64,000 nucleotides of DNA. Source: TPA_inf: Saccharomyces (Eukaryota). Every line of letters starts with the position of its first letter. Positions within the stretch are counted from its first letter, which is position 1. Under the pieces are notes generated by a model. The model was given only the letters and a program-made list of their open reading frames with translations. It was not told the origin of the DNA and ran no database searches. The DNA is taken from the NCBI GenBank assembly GCA_000146045.2, contig BK006937.2, positions 224,001 to 288,000 on the forward strand. The letters are read 5' to 3'. Of the stretch, positions 1-9,124 are shown one piece after another. A program made the translations under genes and the position numbers.

Positions 1-230
1 TCGTAGAGATCGCGCTTAGCCAAAGAAGTGCAGACACCAACTTCGATGACATTAGGAGCCTCCTCGGAGGGGTAGTGTGTCGGGAAGGAGATCTGCAGTG
101 TCATGTATTCATGCTGCGGCACTTTCACAACGATGATGCTTCCGTCTTCCTGCTTCTTGGAGAGAAGATCCGGATAGATGGCCTCGACGGCCTCCAGTTC
201 TTCGACCAACTGTTCGTGATCGTCATCCAT
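1..230 (-). CDS. YIH1: YIH1 (YCR059C), N-terminal part only (RWD domain); the 3' portion lies beyond the left edge of the window
   Basis: Minus-strand reading from the ATG at 230-228 gives MDDDHEQLVEELEAVEAIYPDLLSKKQEDGSIIVVKVPQHEYMTLQISFPTHYPSEEAPNVIEVGVCTSLAKRDLYD. The ORF runs off the window start. The protein was recognised as the yeast IMPACT homologue. Confidence 0.8.
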   Translation of the reverse strand, partial: MDDDHEQLVEELEAVEAIYPDLLSKKQEDGSIIVVKVPQHEYMTLQISFPTHYPSEEAPNVIEVGVCTSLAKRDLY

Positions 231-398
231 TGAGCTTTTCTTTCCTCTCTCTTTTTTTTTTCTTGTTACATATTCCTATATATATGTATATATATCTATA
301 TATATATATATCCCAGCGTATATGACTGCACAAGACGCAATTTTCTTGAACGGTTTTTTCTTTTCAGCACTGCGAAAGAGAGAGCAACGGTAAAGAGC

Positions 399-734
399 AT
401 GAGCCAATTTGAAAAGCAGAAGGAACAGGGCAATTCTTTGTTCAAACAGGGCCTGTATCGCGAGGCTGTGCACTGTTATGACCAACTAATTACTGCTCAA
501 CCGCAGAACCCGGTCGGGTACAGCAACAAAGCCATGGCGCTGATCAAACTGGGTGAATATACACAGGCTATTCAAATGTGCCAGCAAGGACTGCGGTACA
601 CCTCAACGGCAGAGCATGTAGCTATCAGATCCAAATTGCAATATCGTCTAGAGCTGGCACAGGGAGCGGTAGGTTCAGTACAGATCCCTGTTGTAGAGGT
701 TGATGAACTACCGGAGGGATACGACCGGTCCTGA
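399..734 (+). CDS. TAH1: TAH1 (YCR060W), 111-aa TPR Hsp90 co-chaperone (R2TP component)
   Basis: 111-aa ORF with a TPR signature (GNSLFKQGLYREAVHCYDQLI...NKAMALIKLGEYTQAIQMCQQGL). The size matches TAH1. Confidence 0.9.
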   Translation: MSQFEKQKEQGNSLFKQGLYREAVHCYDQLITAQPQNPVGYSNKAMALIKLGEYTQAIQMCQQGLRYTSTAEHVAIRSKLQYRLELAQGAVGSVQIPVVEVDELPEGYDRS

Positions 735-807
735 GAAAAGAGAAAGGGAACACTTCTAATTTATCTTTAAAATTATATATATATATATATATATATGTGT
801 GTTTGTA

Positions 808-1053
808 TACTCTGTGGGTATTTCCGTGTATATGGTTAATAATAGTAGTATCTTGTCAGTTTTTTTTATGTTTTTCTTCGCGCGTCAACTTTCTACCAAG
901 AGAAAAACAATATAAGGTCTCCTTACTCTATAGGAGAATAAAACAAACAAAAATAAAAAGCACATCGTAGCGCCAAGAAAATACTGCAAATACCAAATAC
1001 CACAATAATACTACAATTATCTATACACAAGTGTTTTGCCGCTTAAAACTTCG
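808..1053. other. Putative replication origin (ARS315 region). Contains an 11/11 ARS consensus match, TTTTATGTTTT, at 864-874.
   Basis: AT-rich intergenic region between TAH1 and YCR061W. WTTTAYRTTTW matches exactly at 864-874 on the + strand. The location matches my recollection of ARS315. The boundaries are approximate and come from memory. Confidence 0.4.
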
Positions 1054-1562
1054 ATTTTCATAGTACGAAACTATACACCCTTGGTTTTTCTCTTTTCTAA
1101 ATACATATCTACCTTGTAAAGAATTTCCCGCACATCTTTGCGGGCATACAGTTCATGTATTGGCAACTAACGGAACTAAGGCAACATATCTTGCATATTG
1201 CAATGTTCACTATATAGATGAAAACTTATATCTAGGTTTCACGACACGAGAATAACTAAGAAGCACGATCCATGATATAGAAAAATCAGTTACGACGAAG
1301 CACGGCAAATTAGCCGCCGAAGACCGATATTTTTGCCACCGGTCACAGTTTTCTTTTCCACGGAGCTCTTCGCGGTTTTTTTGTTCCGGATTTTTTTTAC
1401 CGGCTCTTAGCGGACCGTTTTGGTTATAAGGGGAGTGGCAGCGGCGGTAGACACTGCGCTCTATAAGAATACTTGCAAGGGTCTTGTCTATTGTATAATT
1501 CGCTAGTATTTGTTTTGCATTGTACTCTTAATACCCCAACCAAAAACAAAATAGTGAGAGTA

Positions 1563-3458
1563 ATGGTGCGTTTTGTTTCAATTTTAAGTTTATTCGGCTG
1601 CGCGGCGACGCTTGTCACGGCCCATGATGACATGGACATGGACATGGATATGGACATGGATATGGACATGAATATCGATACGACAACGTCTCAATCCATA
1701 GATGTCTCATCCACGGCTTCAATCGTCCCCGTGCCACATGAACCAAAACATTTGCATGGCCTTCCTATACTGCAATCGCCCTCGCTTACCCCTGCGGAGA
1801 GATTGTACTGGGAAAACTACAACACCACAACCTACTTTACTACACAGGCTGGGAATAGGTCTGCCCTTCGCTACCACATTATTACGCTGCTCTTGGTTGC
1901 ATTTGTGCTCTACCCTGTGTCCCTGGCGCTAAGCGCCGCCCGTTCTAGGTGGTACTTACCCCTGCTGTTTGTTAATCTATGCATTTGTATTTCGTCCGTA
2001 ATGGCATTGTCCGTGTTCAAAAATACTTTCCCGGAAGAAGACTGGTATGCGCATAATATCTATGGCACCACTTCTGTGCTACTTCTCGTTTTTATGCTTG
2101 TTCACTTCTTCGCTGCGGTGCTTTCTGTCCCCGTCTCATTAGCATCGAAAAAGGAGTACCGTCCGGTTGACACCATCCCTCTGAATGATCTTGAATCTAC
2201 GCCCGTCATGGTGAATAGTGCACGTGGCTCTCCAAGTCCTTCTTCCAACAGAGACACGTTGTTCTCGCTCTCTTCAGACACCACGACCGCCACGGCCACC
2301 AATAATAATAAACGGAGACGCGCTGAAGGCGAAGACGAGGGTGATAACACCTCCAACCACGACACTTTGCGCGACGAAGACTACGATAATGATGACGACG
2401 AAATTGCTTCCATTGAAGCGCCACCTCTGCTTCCTCAAGACATACCCGTTTTCCGAATCTTGTTTACCAACACGAAGTACCAGATGCTTGCCGCGCACCT
2501 CTCGTGCGTCGCCAACGTGGTCTTTCACATGCTTACCTACCCGCTATTCATGTACATCTTTGTAGACCTAATCATCGGCTTCGCTGTAGGTAACTTGCTC
2601 GGCAAGGGCATCCGCATCTTTAATCTCTTGGCCCACTGGATTAAGGGCGGCGTATTTTTTACTCTGGGCGTTGTCTCTTTAGCAAGATACTGCGGTTTCG
2701 CAGCTAAGTACGGCTGGGCATGGAACAACATCAGCTTCACCTCTCAACTCACACAAACGCGTTCCTCCAATCTTCTTTTCCGGTTTGCTCCTGCGGGGAC
2801 TTTCACCATGGAATTCGTTGAATCCTTCCTCATTTTCTTTTACGGGTCCACCAACATCTTCTTGGAGCACCTGGCAGGAAACGGCGGCGCATGGACTGCC
2901 AAGGATTTACAGCATGTGTCGATCGCGTTTATGTTCATAGGAACCGGATTGTGTGGGCTACTCACGGAGTACAAGCTCAACCATTGGCGATTCGAGCATG
3001 CCCGCAAACGGCCACAGACCGATGTAGTTGCTGCCACACCGGGGTACTCTCCAAACCCGTTCCCCGCTTTCACCATATTTTGGACTGGGATTCTGATGTC
3101 CCAGCACGCACAGTCCTCGCAATTTTCTACTACCATTCACACGCAATGGGGATACTTGTTGTCCTATGGGTCCTTCTTCCGTCTGCTAACATTTTTGATT
3201 CTGTTTTTGGTGCCCAACACCAACAGTGCCGCATCCAAGCCTTTCACGGAGTTGATCACCTCGTTCTGTCTCCTCTGTGGTGGTCTGGTATTTATGGAGT
3301 CCACGGATCAGTCCATTGAAGCCATGGAATATAGGGGGTTTACCCCCATGTTCACTTTCAACCTCAGTGTTGGATTCGTTTCTTTGTTGATGGCTTGGGA
3401 AATGATTTTATTTATTTGGAAAGACTGGCTCATCAAAACCAGGAAAACCAGTCTTTAA
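1563..3458 (+). CDS. YCR061W: YCR061W, multi-pass membrane protein of unknown function (631 aa) with a predicted signal peptide and a (MD)n repeat
   Basis: Long ORF, 1473-3458 in the track. The likely true start is the ATG at 1563 (MVRFVSILSLFGCAATLVTA is signal-peptide-like), giving 631 aa. The sequence has many hydrophobic segments. The acidic stretch (TTTATATNNNKRRRAEGEDEGDNTSNHDTLRDEDYDNDDDE) is loop-like. Confidence 0.85.
   Translation: MVRFVSILSLFGCAATLVTAHDDMDMDMDMDMDMDMNIDTTTSQSIDVSSTASIVPVPHEPKHLHGLPILQSPSLTPAERLYWENYNTTTYFTTQAGNRSALRYHIITLLLVAFVLYPVSLALSAARSRWYLPLLFVNLCICISSVMALSVFKNTFPEEDWYAHNIYGTTSVLLLVFMLVHFFAAVLSVPVSLASKKEYRPVDTIPLNDLESTPVMVNSARGSPSPSSNRDTLFSLSSDTTTATATNNNKRRRAEGEDEGDNTSNHDTLRDEDYDNDDDEIASIEAPPLLPQDIPVFRILFTNTKYQMLAAHLSCVANVVFHMLTYPLFMYIFVDLIIGFAVGNLLGKGIRIFNLLAHWIKGGVFFTLGVVSLARYCGFAAKYGWAWNNISFTSQLTQTRSSNLLFRFAPAGTFTMEFVESFLIFFYGSTNIFLEHLAGNGGAWTAKDLQHVSIAFMFIGTGLCGLLTEYKLNHWRFEHARKRPQTDVVAATPGYSPNPFPAFTIFWTGILMSQHAQSSQFSTTIHTQWGYLLSYGSFFRLLTFLILFLVPNTNSAASKPFTELITSFCLLCGGLVFMESTDQSIEAMEYRGFTPMFTFNLSVGFVSLLMAWEMILFIWKDWLIKTRKTSL
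1624..1668 (+). repeat. (GACATG)n / (GATATGGACATG)n hexanucleotide microsatellite encoding (DM)8 in YCR061W
   Basis: The sequence gacatggacatggatatggacatggatatggacatgaat is read directly. The antisense ORF 1424-1669 (MSISMSISMSMS) is an artefact of the same repeat. Confidence 0.9.
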
Positions 3459-3941
3459 CCGCCATAATGGCTTTTCTTTTTTCTTTTTTTTTTCACCCCC
3501 CCCTCATCTTTGAGTGAGAAGCTTATATGCTTTACTTTTCCTCACCTACTTTTTAATTCTTAATTATTAGTTTATCCAGCATTCAGTCAATTCTGAATGC
3601 GTTATCGCTTCCTCAAAATTTATAAAAATGAATAAGCAAGATCTCATTGGAATTGAGTTCAATGACGATTATTGAGGGCCCATACCTGATAAAAGTGAAT
3701 ATATTATGTATAATGACTCTACTGGAGGTTCTCTCTGAGAATGTAAAATAATCCACAAAAGACATGAAAATTAGTTACTCTACATAATGTATAATAAGTT
3801 CTTCCTTCCTTTTTTCTTTTTTTAGTTTTTCTACTCACCATCCTACCTACGCCAAGCTGCTCTACTGTCTTGGATCTGTGAAAAAACGCCTAGAAACATG
3901 TATAAAACCTACCGCTTTAAACCATAATTTCAAATCGAAAT

Positions 3942-4042
3942 GGCACTATGGCCGAGTGGTTAAGGCGAGAGACTCGAATGGAATAAAAAGTTCGGCTATC
4001 TCTTGGGCTCTGCCCGCGCTGGTTCAAATCCTGCTGGTGTCG
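3942..4042 (+). tRNA. SUP61: tRNA-Ser(CGA), SUP61 / tS(CGA)C, with a 19-nt intron (3979-3997)
   Basis: GGCACTATGGCCGAGTGGTTAAGGCGAGAGACTCGAA + [TGGAATAAAAAGTTCGGCT] + ATCTCTTGGGCTCTGCCCGCGCTGGTTCAAATCCTGCTGGTGTCG. The CGA anticodon sits at nt 34-36. There is a long variable arm typical of Ser tRNAs, and an A-box TGGCCGAGTGG and B-box GGTTCAAATCC. Confidence 0.95.
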
Positions 4043-4055
4043 TTTAATTTTTTTT
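4043..4055 (+). terminator. RNA polymerase III terminator T-tract immediately 3' of SUP61
   Basis: TTTAATTTTTTTT (T8 run at 4048-4055) lies directly after the tRNA 3' end. Confidence 0.6.
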
Positions 4056-4317
4056 AAATAACATCGTTGATTAAAACAATCCTATTCACTGCAGTCACAG
4101 ACTTAGCACATTTACAACCAGTACAAGATCAATCACACGCGTTGTGGTAGGAACTTTGACGATGATACTGCGTTGGCTCTTGAACGCATAGTACATTTGT
4201 CGTTCACAACGGAAAGTGAAATACTGAAAAAAAAAGAAAAATTTTCTTAGGGACTCATCATCAATGTAAACACCTCTACAGCCGTCAAGACTAGCAAAGC
4301 TCACCTCACAAAACGAC

Positions 4318-4791
4318 ATGCCGCGCATAAAGACCAGAAGATCCAAGCCTGCACCTGACGGGTTCGAAAAAATCAAGCCAACCCTCACAGATTTCGAAAT
4401 CCAACTCAGAGATGCCCAAAAGGACAAGTCGTCTAAGCTCGCAGCAAAGTCCAATGAGCAGCTCTGGGAGATAATGCAACTCCACCACCAGCGCTCTAGA
4501 TACATATATACTCTGTACTACAAGAGAAAGGCCATCTCCAAAGACCTTTACGATTGGTTGATAAAGGAAAAGTATGCTGATAAATTGCTAATTGCCAAAT
4601 GGCGCAAAACCGGGTATGAAAAACTGTGCTGTCTGCGCTGCATTCAAAAGAACGAAACTAACAACGGTAGCACTTGCATCTGCAGGGTGCCTCGTGCACA
4701 GTTAGAGGAAGAAGCACGCAAAAAGGGCACACAGGTGTCCTTCCATCAGTGCGTCCACTGCGGCTGCCGTGGATGTGCAAGCACAGACTAA
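4318..4791 (+). CDS. BUD31: BUD31 (YCR063W), G10-family spliceosome-associated protein, 157 aa
   Basis: 157-aa ORF MPRIKTRRSKPAPDGFEKI...CCLRCIQKNETNNGSTCICRVPRAQL...HCGCRGCAS, with the conserved Cys-rich G10 C-terminus. Confidence 0.95.
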   Translation: MPRIKTRRSKPAPDGFEKIKPTLTDFEIQLRDAQKDKSSKLAAKSNEQLWEIMQLHHQRSRYIYTLYYKRKAISKDLYDWLIKEKYADKLLIAKWRKTGYEKLCCLRCIQKNETNNGSTCICRVPRAQLEEEARKKGTQVSFHQCVHCGCRGCASTD

Positions 4792-4904
4792 CGACTATAT
4801 GCACGTTGCAGTATTGTTCTGGCCATGTAATTATCTCTCTCCCAACGTTTTAGAAGAGGTTTTCGTCTCCTTCGTCAAAGACGACCACTTTCCCATTTTG
4901 GTCA

Positions 4905-5046
4905 TTGGAACGCGAAAAAACAAAACAGACGCGAGAACGCGACGCGAAAAAATATATTTTTCCGTTTTTTTTTTTTTTCGGAACAAAGATAACGCGTTAA
5001 AACCTGTGGATGTAATAAGGATCTGAAACACTGACTAAAACGCGTC
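4905..5046 (+). promoter_or_regulatory. Cluster of MCB/SCB-like CGCG elements (2x CGCGAAAA, ACGCGA, 2x ACGCGT) 260-400 bp upstream of HCM1
   Basis: ggaacgcgaaaaaacaaaacagacgcgagaacgcgacgcgaaaaaa at 4907-4952, plus ACGCGT at about 4992-4997 and about 5040-5045. HCM1 is a G1/S-periodic gene reported to be bound by SBF/MBF. Confidence 0.4.
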
Positions 5047-5309
5047 CTCATTTAAAATCAAAAAATTACTTCTTCTCCTCCCTTACGGTGCCCTTTGATC
5101 CTTCTCAAACTTTAAATATATGTTGCATGATTAATTGAAAATCATATAGAGTATATCTTAACAGAGGTTCCAACGCTTTAAATCGTATTCTATTCTTTTC
5201 CCCCCTTTTATTATAGTTACATCTACTATTTGAGCTTCTTTTATTGACCGAAACTACCTCTTATTTCGAAGCAAAAAAAAAAAAAATCAACAAAAATTCC
5301 AACTTTTCA

Positions 5310-7004
5310 ATGATGAATGAAGACATATCCATCATTGATGGCCATAATAGTTTTTTAACGGAAAAAAGCACCGTGCTATTAACCCAAGCCAAGAGAACAC
5401 TAGAAGACGAAAAGGAAATGATTACTCCCCCGAGCTCAACTGTGAGAAAAACAATGAAGGAAGTAAATAAGAGGCCGTCGCATCCCCTCTCACCGGATCA
5501 CTCGTCCCCAATTGCTCCATCTAAGGCCAAGCGCCAAAGATCGGACACATGCGCTCGGTCCAATGGTAACCTAACCTTGGAAGAAATTCTTCAATCTTTG
5601 GAAAGAAGAAGAATAAATGGTGAACTCGCCAAGAAACCTCCATATTCGTATGCAACTTTGATTTGCTTGGCCATTTTGCAATCTCAGGAGGGAAAGCTAA
5701 CGCTATCCCAGATATATCATTGGATCCACGTTCACTTCCCTTATTACAAGCAGAAAGATGCTAGTTGGCAAAATTCAATAAGACATAACTTGTCTTTAAA
5801 TGATGCGTTCATCAAGACTGAAAAGTCCTGCGATGGTAAGGGTCATTTCTGGGAGGTCAGACCGGGTGCCGAAACAAAATTTTTCAAAGGTGAAAATCGT
5901 GGTTATGAATTTGTAAAGGACTCCTTACAAGACATTGGGAAGTATTTTGAAATAGATTCTACACTTGATGAATTAGAACAAGTTGAGAGTGGAGAAGGCA
6001 ATGATGATCTTCCTGACGAGGAAGAAAGAGAGGAAGCAGGGAAATTCCCTTCCATTGAAATTCAATTGAACTCCTCCCCTATACTGAGAGTTTCCCAGTT
6101 ACATCACATACCGCAATTGAAAACAGACAACAGTGTACTGAACCCTCACGAAAACCTAGAATCGATGCGGAACATGATAGAAAACGATGTCAACAATATA
6201 GATTCCTTGGAACCTCCTTATGTCATGAAGAAATATCATACTTCTTTAGGCTTACCGTCGCTGGTGAATGCCAAAGATCATTTCCAGGCGGGTGTGAAAA
6301 ACAATAATATCACCCAGGCAAATAGATTTAATACACTCCCTATAACTAGCGCAAAGTCTCCTCAGAATTTCAGAAAATATTTCACCTCATTCAATTCAAA
6401 TTTTGAAGATTTATCTCCACTTCGAAGTAATGTAGGGGCTGGTTCTCTACTCGACCCACTTCCGTATTCCCCATTGAAGCTGTACGATCAGAAAAATCTT
6501 GCGCTCATGTCGAAACCACAATCTCAGCAATCATATTCCAATTCTCAACTTCCACCTCCACCTTCCTCTCATGGTTCGGACTTACTTAAAACACCCAAGA
6601 TGAGGCATTCCGATGGCTTAGAGAAAACCCCATCGCGGTTGATAAGCACACCTAAGGACGGTAACTCGATTTTGAGGAAATGGCAGACTCCTTCACACCT
6701 TTTTGAAGATTTGTACTGTTCTCCGCTATTTAGAGCTATAGAGACTCCAATCAGGTATATCACGACGCCGGGGGGCACTTTGGAAACCCAAATTTCACCA
6801 AGAAAGTCCTCTGCACCCGATGTCCTCACAAGCGCAACGAATTCCAAATTTGCTTCAAGCGGGCTGTTTGGCGTGGATGTTTATTCTGTTTGGAAGCGCG
6901 CAACTGAAAAGATTTCTGATGGTAACAATACTACGGATAGCAATCAAAAACATCATCCTTATCATAATCACCCTTCCAACGATAGCGGTAATGAAAAGAA
7001 TTGA
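5310..7004 (+). CDS. HCM1: HCM1 (YCR065W), forkhead transcription factor, 564 aa
   Basis: Forkhead DNA-binding domain KPPYSYATLICLAILQSQEGKLTLSQIYHWIHVHFPYYKQKDASWQNSIRHNLSLNDAFIK. The track ORF starts at 5244, but the A14 tract at 5273-5286 inside the extension argues that the start is the ATG at 5310 (MMNEDISI...). Confidence 0.9.
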   Translation: MMNEDISIIDGHNSFLTEKSTVLLTQAKRTLEDEKEMITPPSSTVRKTMKEVNKRPSHPLSPDHSSPIAPSKAKRQRSDTCARSNGNLTLEEILQSLERRRINGELAKKPPYSYATLICLAILQSQEGKLTLSQIYHWIHVHFPYYKQKDASWQNSIRHNLSLNDAFIKTEKSCDGKGHFWEVRPGAETKFFKGENRGYEFVKDSLQDIGKYFEIDSTLDELEQVESGEGNDDLPDEEEREEAGKFPSIEIQLNSSPILRVSQLHHIPQLKTDNSVLNPHENLESMRNMIENDVNNIDSLEPPYVMKKYHTSLGLPSLVNAKDHFQAGVKNNNITQANRFNTLPITSAKSPQNFRKYFTSFNSNFEDLSPLRSNVGAGSLLDPLPYSPLKLYDQKNLALMSKPQSQQSYSNSQLPPPPSSHGSDLLKTPKMRHSDGLEKTPSRLISTPKDGNSILRKWQTPSHLFEDLYCSPLFRAIETPIRYITTPGGTLETQISPRKSSAPDVLTSATNSKFASSGLFGVDVYSVWKRATEKISDGNNTTDSNQKHHPYHNHPSNDSGNEKN

Positions 7005-7005
7005 C

Positions 7006-7024
7006 TTTTTTTTTTTTTTTTTTT
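7006..7024 (+). repeat. T19 homopolymer immediately after the HCM1 stop (nucleosome-excluding poly(dA:dT) tract in the HCM1 3' / RAD18 5' region)
   Basis: Direct reading gives 19 consecutive T. Confidence 0.9.
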
Positions 7025-7499
7025 CATTTTCTTTTCCTCACCGAAAACTAATTATTCTTAATCTGATGGATTCATCGCAAACGGTTGGATGAGTCCTAAA
7101 CTGGGCTGGAGTTATCATATCACATAGCATTTTCTTTTTAATCTTATTGTATTGTCGGGTCAACTAACTTCTTTTCCCGCTCTTCTATGGTATAATCAAT
7201 TGCAGAAGAGGCAGGAAAAAATTGTAATCATAACAAAAATGATACAAATTTTTTTTCTAAGTTTTATATTTTACATATCTTTATTTTTGATCCTTACGGA
7301 TTTTTAATACAGTATTTAGCTGAAGTTTCCATTCACTTCACTTACCTTTTTGATCTCTTTTATTTTTACTTGCCCCGTTGCCTTGCATTTTTCAATAGAA
7401 AGTGAAAAACTAAGTACCACTTGAGCAATGCCACATTAGAAGAAAAACCATCCGCAAGTGAGCATCACAGCTACTAAGAAAAGGCCATTTTTACTACTC

Positions 7500-8963
7500 A
7501 TGGACCACCAAATAACCACTGCAAGCGACTTCACGACTACTTCAATACCGAGCCTGTACCAATTGGATACACTTTTGAGATGTCACATTTGTAAAGATTT
7601 TCTAAAAGTCCCCGTCTTAACACCTTGTGGCCATACATTTTGTTCCCTTTGTATTAGAACACATTTGAATAACCAACCAAATTGTCCTCTCTGCCTTTTC
7701 GAGTTCAGAGAGTCCTTGCTGAGAAGTGAGTTCCTGGTCAGTGAAATAATTCAAAGTTATACATCCCTACGATCTTCCTTACTAGATGCACTAAGGATAC
7801 CGAAGCCTACCCCTGTCCCTGAGAATGAGGAAGTACCAGGTCCTGAAAATTCTTCATGGATAGAACTCATATCAGAGTCTGAAAGTGACAGTGTAAATGC
7901 CGCTGATGATGACTTGCAAATTGTTGCAACAAGTGAAAGAAAACTTGCCAAAAGATCCATGACTGATATATTACCACTGAGTTCCAAACCATCCAAAAGG
8001 AATTTTGCAATGTTCAGAAGTGAACGTATCAAGAAAAAATCAAAGCCAAATGAACAAATGGCCCAGTGCCCCATATGTCAACAATTTTATCCTCTTAAAG
8101 CCCTTGAAAAAACACATTTGGATGAATGCCTAACTTTACAATCACTAGGCAAAAAACCAAAAATTTCTACCACTTTCCCTACAGAGTCAAATCCACATAA
8201 CAAAAGTTCATCCAGATTCAAGGTACGAACTCCAGAAGTCGACAAAAGCTCATGTGGTGAGACCTCACATGTGGATAAGTATTTAAACTCAATGATGAGT
8301 GCAGAACACCAAAGATTGCCGAAGATCAATTTTACGTCTATGACTCAATCCCAAATAAAACAAAAACTGTCATCGTTGGGACTGTCAACTAATGGTACTA
8401 GGCAAAACATGATTAAAAGATACAATCACTACGAAATGCTTTGGAATTCTAATTTTTGTGATTCTCTAGAACCTGTTGATGAAGCTGAACTAAAAAGACA
8501 GTTGTTAAGCTGGGATGTTTCACACAATAAAACCCCCCAAAATAGTAGCAACAAGGGTGGAATTTCTAAATTAATGATAATGAAGAGTAATGGGAAATCT
8601 TCTTCATATAGGAAATTACTTGAAAATTTCAAAAACGATAAATTTAATAGGAAAGGATGGATGGTTATGTTTCGGAAGGATTTTGCTAGGCTTATCAGGG
8701 AAGCAAAAATGAAAATAAAAACAGGTTCATCGGACAGTTCAGGTTCAGTGGGACATTCTAATGATGGAGATGGTGTTGAAAAAGTTCAAAGTGACCAGGG
8801 AACCGAGGATCAGCAAATGGAGAAGGATCAGGACACTGTTATCAACGAAGATAGAGTTGCTGGTGAAAGAAATTTGCCTAACGAAGATTCAACTGATGCT
8901 GACTTATCAAGAGAATTAATGGACTTGAATGAATATAGTAAAGACCCACCCGGTAACAATTAA
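7500..8963 (+). CDS. RAD18: RAD18 (YCR066W), E3 ubiquitin ligase for PCNA monoubiquitination, 487 aa
   Basis: C3HC4 RING (CHICKDFLKVPVLTPCGHTFCSLCIRTHLNNQPNCPLC), a UBZ-type zinc finger (AQCPICQQFYPLKALEKTHLDEC) and a SAP domain (SQIKQKLSSLGLSTNGTRQNMIKRY). The start at 7500 (MDHQ...) gives 487 aa. Confidence 0.9.
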   Translation: MDHQITTASDFTTTSIPSLYQLDTLLRCHICKDFLKVPVLTPCGHTFCSLCIRTHLNNQPNCPLCLFEFRESLLRSEFLVSEIIQSYTSLRSSLLDALRIPKPTPVPENEEVPGPENSSWIELISESESDSVNAADDDLQIVATSERKLAKRSMTDILPLSSKPSKRNFAMFRSERIKKKSKPNEQMAQCPICQQFYPLKALEKTHLDECLTLQSLGKKPKISTTFPTESNPHNKSSSRFKVRTPEVDKSSCGETSHVDKYLNSMMSAEHQRLPKINFTSMTQSQIKQKLSSLGLSTNGTRQNMIKRYNHYEMLWNSNFCDSLEPVDEAELKRQLLSWDVSHNKTPQNSSNKGGISKLMIMKSNGKSSSYRKLLENFKNDKFNRKGWMVMFRKDFARLIREAKMKIKTGSSDSSGSVGHSNDGDGVEKVQSDQGTEDQQMEKDQDTVINEDRVAGERNLPNEDSTDADLSRELMDLNEYSKDPPGNN

Positions 8964-9124
8964 GGTGTGTATATGTAATCAGGCCTGTTTGTTAGCTTGT
9001 GCACATTTGTTAATTAATAATTTATTTAAAAATGGGCAAAATATAAATGCATAAAAGATGACATAGAGATATGTGCACAAAGCTATGTAATCATATTTAA
9101 CATTAATATATATTATTTCGTTAT

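Noticed and set aside
1424-1669. Minus-strand ORF encoding MSISMSISMSMSMS
   Set aside because: Antisense reading of the (GACATG)n repeat at the start of YCR061W.
3459-3941. Possible Ty LTR (delta/sigma/tau) upstream of the SUP61 tRNA gene
   Set aside because: No TGTTG...CAACA termini, no sigma-like sequence at -16 to -19, and no recognisable LTR internal motifs on reading.
4095-4505. 136-aa minus-strand ORF (YCR064C-like) overlapping the BUD31 5' region
   Set aside because: It is antisense to and overlaps a well-conserved gene. It has poor composition (FFFFQ, WWW) and no recognisable domain. This is the classic dubious overlapping ORF.
5244-5309. 5' extension of the HCM1 ORF (MTETTSYFEAKKKKINKNSNFS)
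   Set aside because: It contains an A14 homopolymer and lacks conservation signal. The downstream ATG gives the expected 564-aa forkhead protein.
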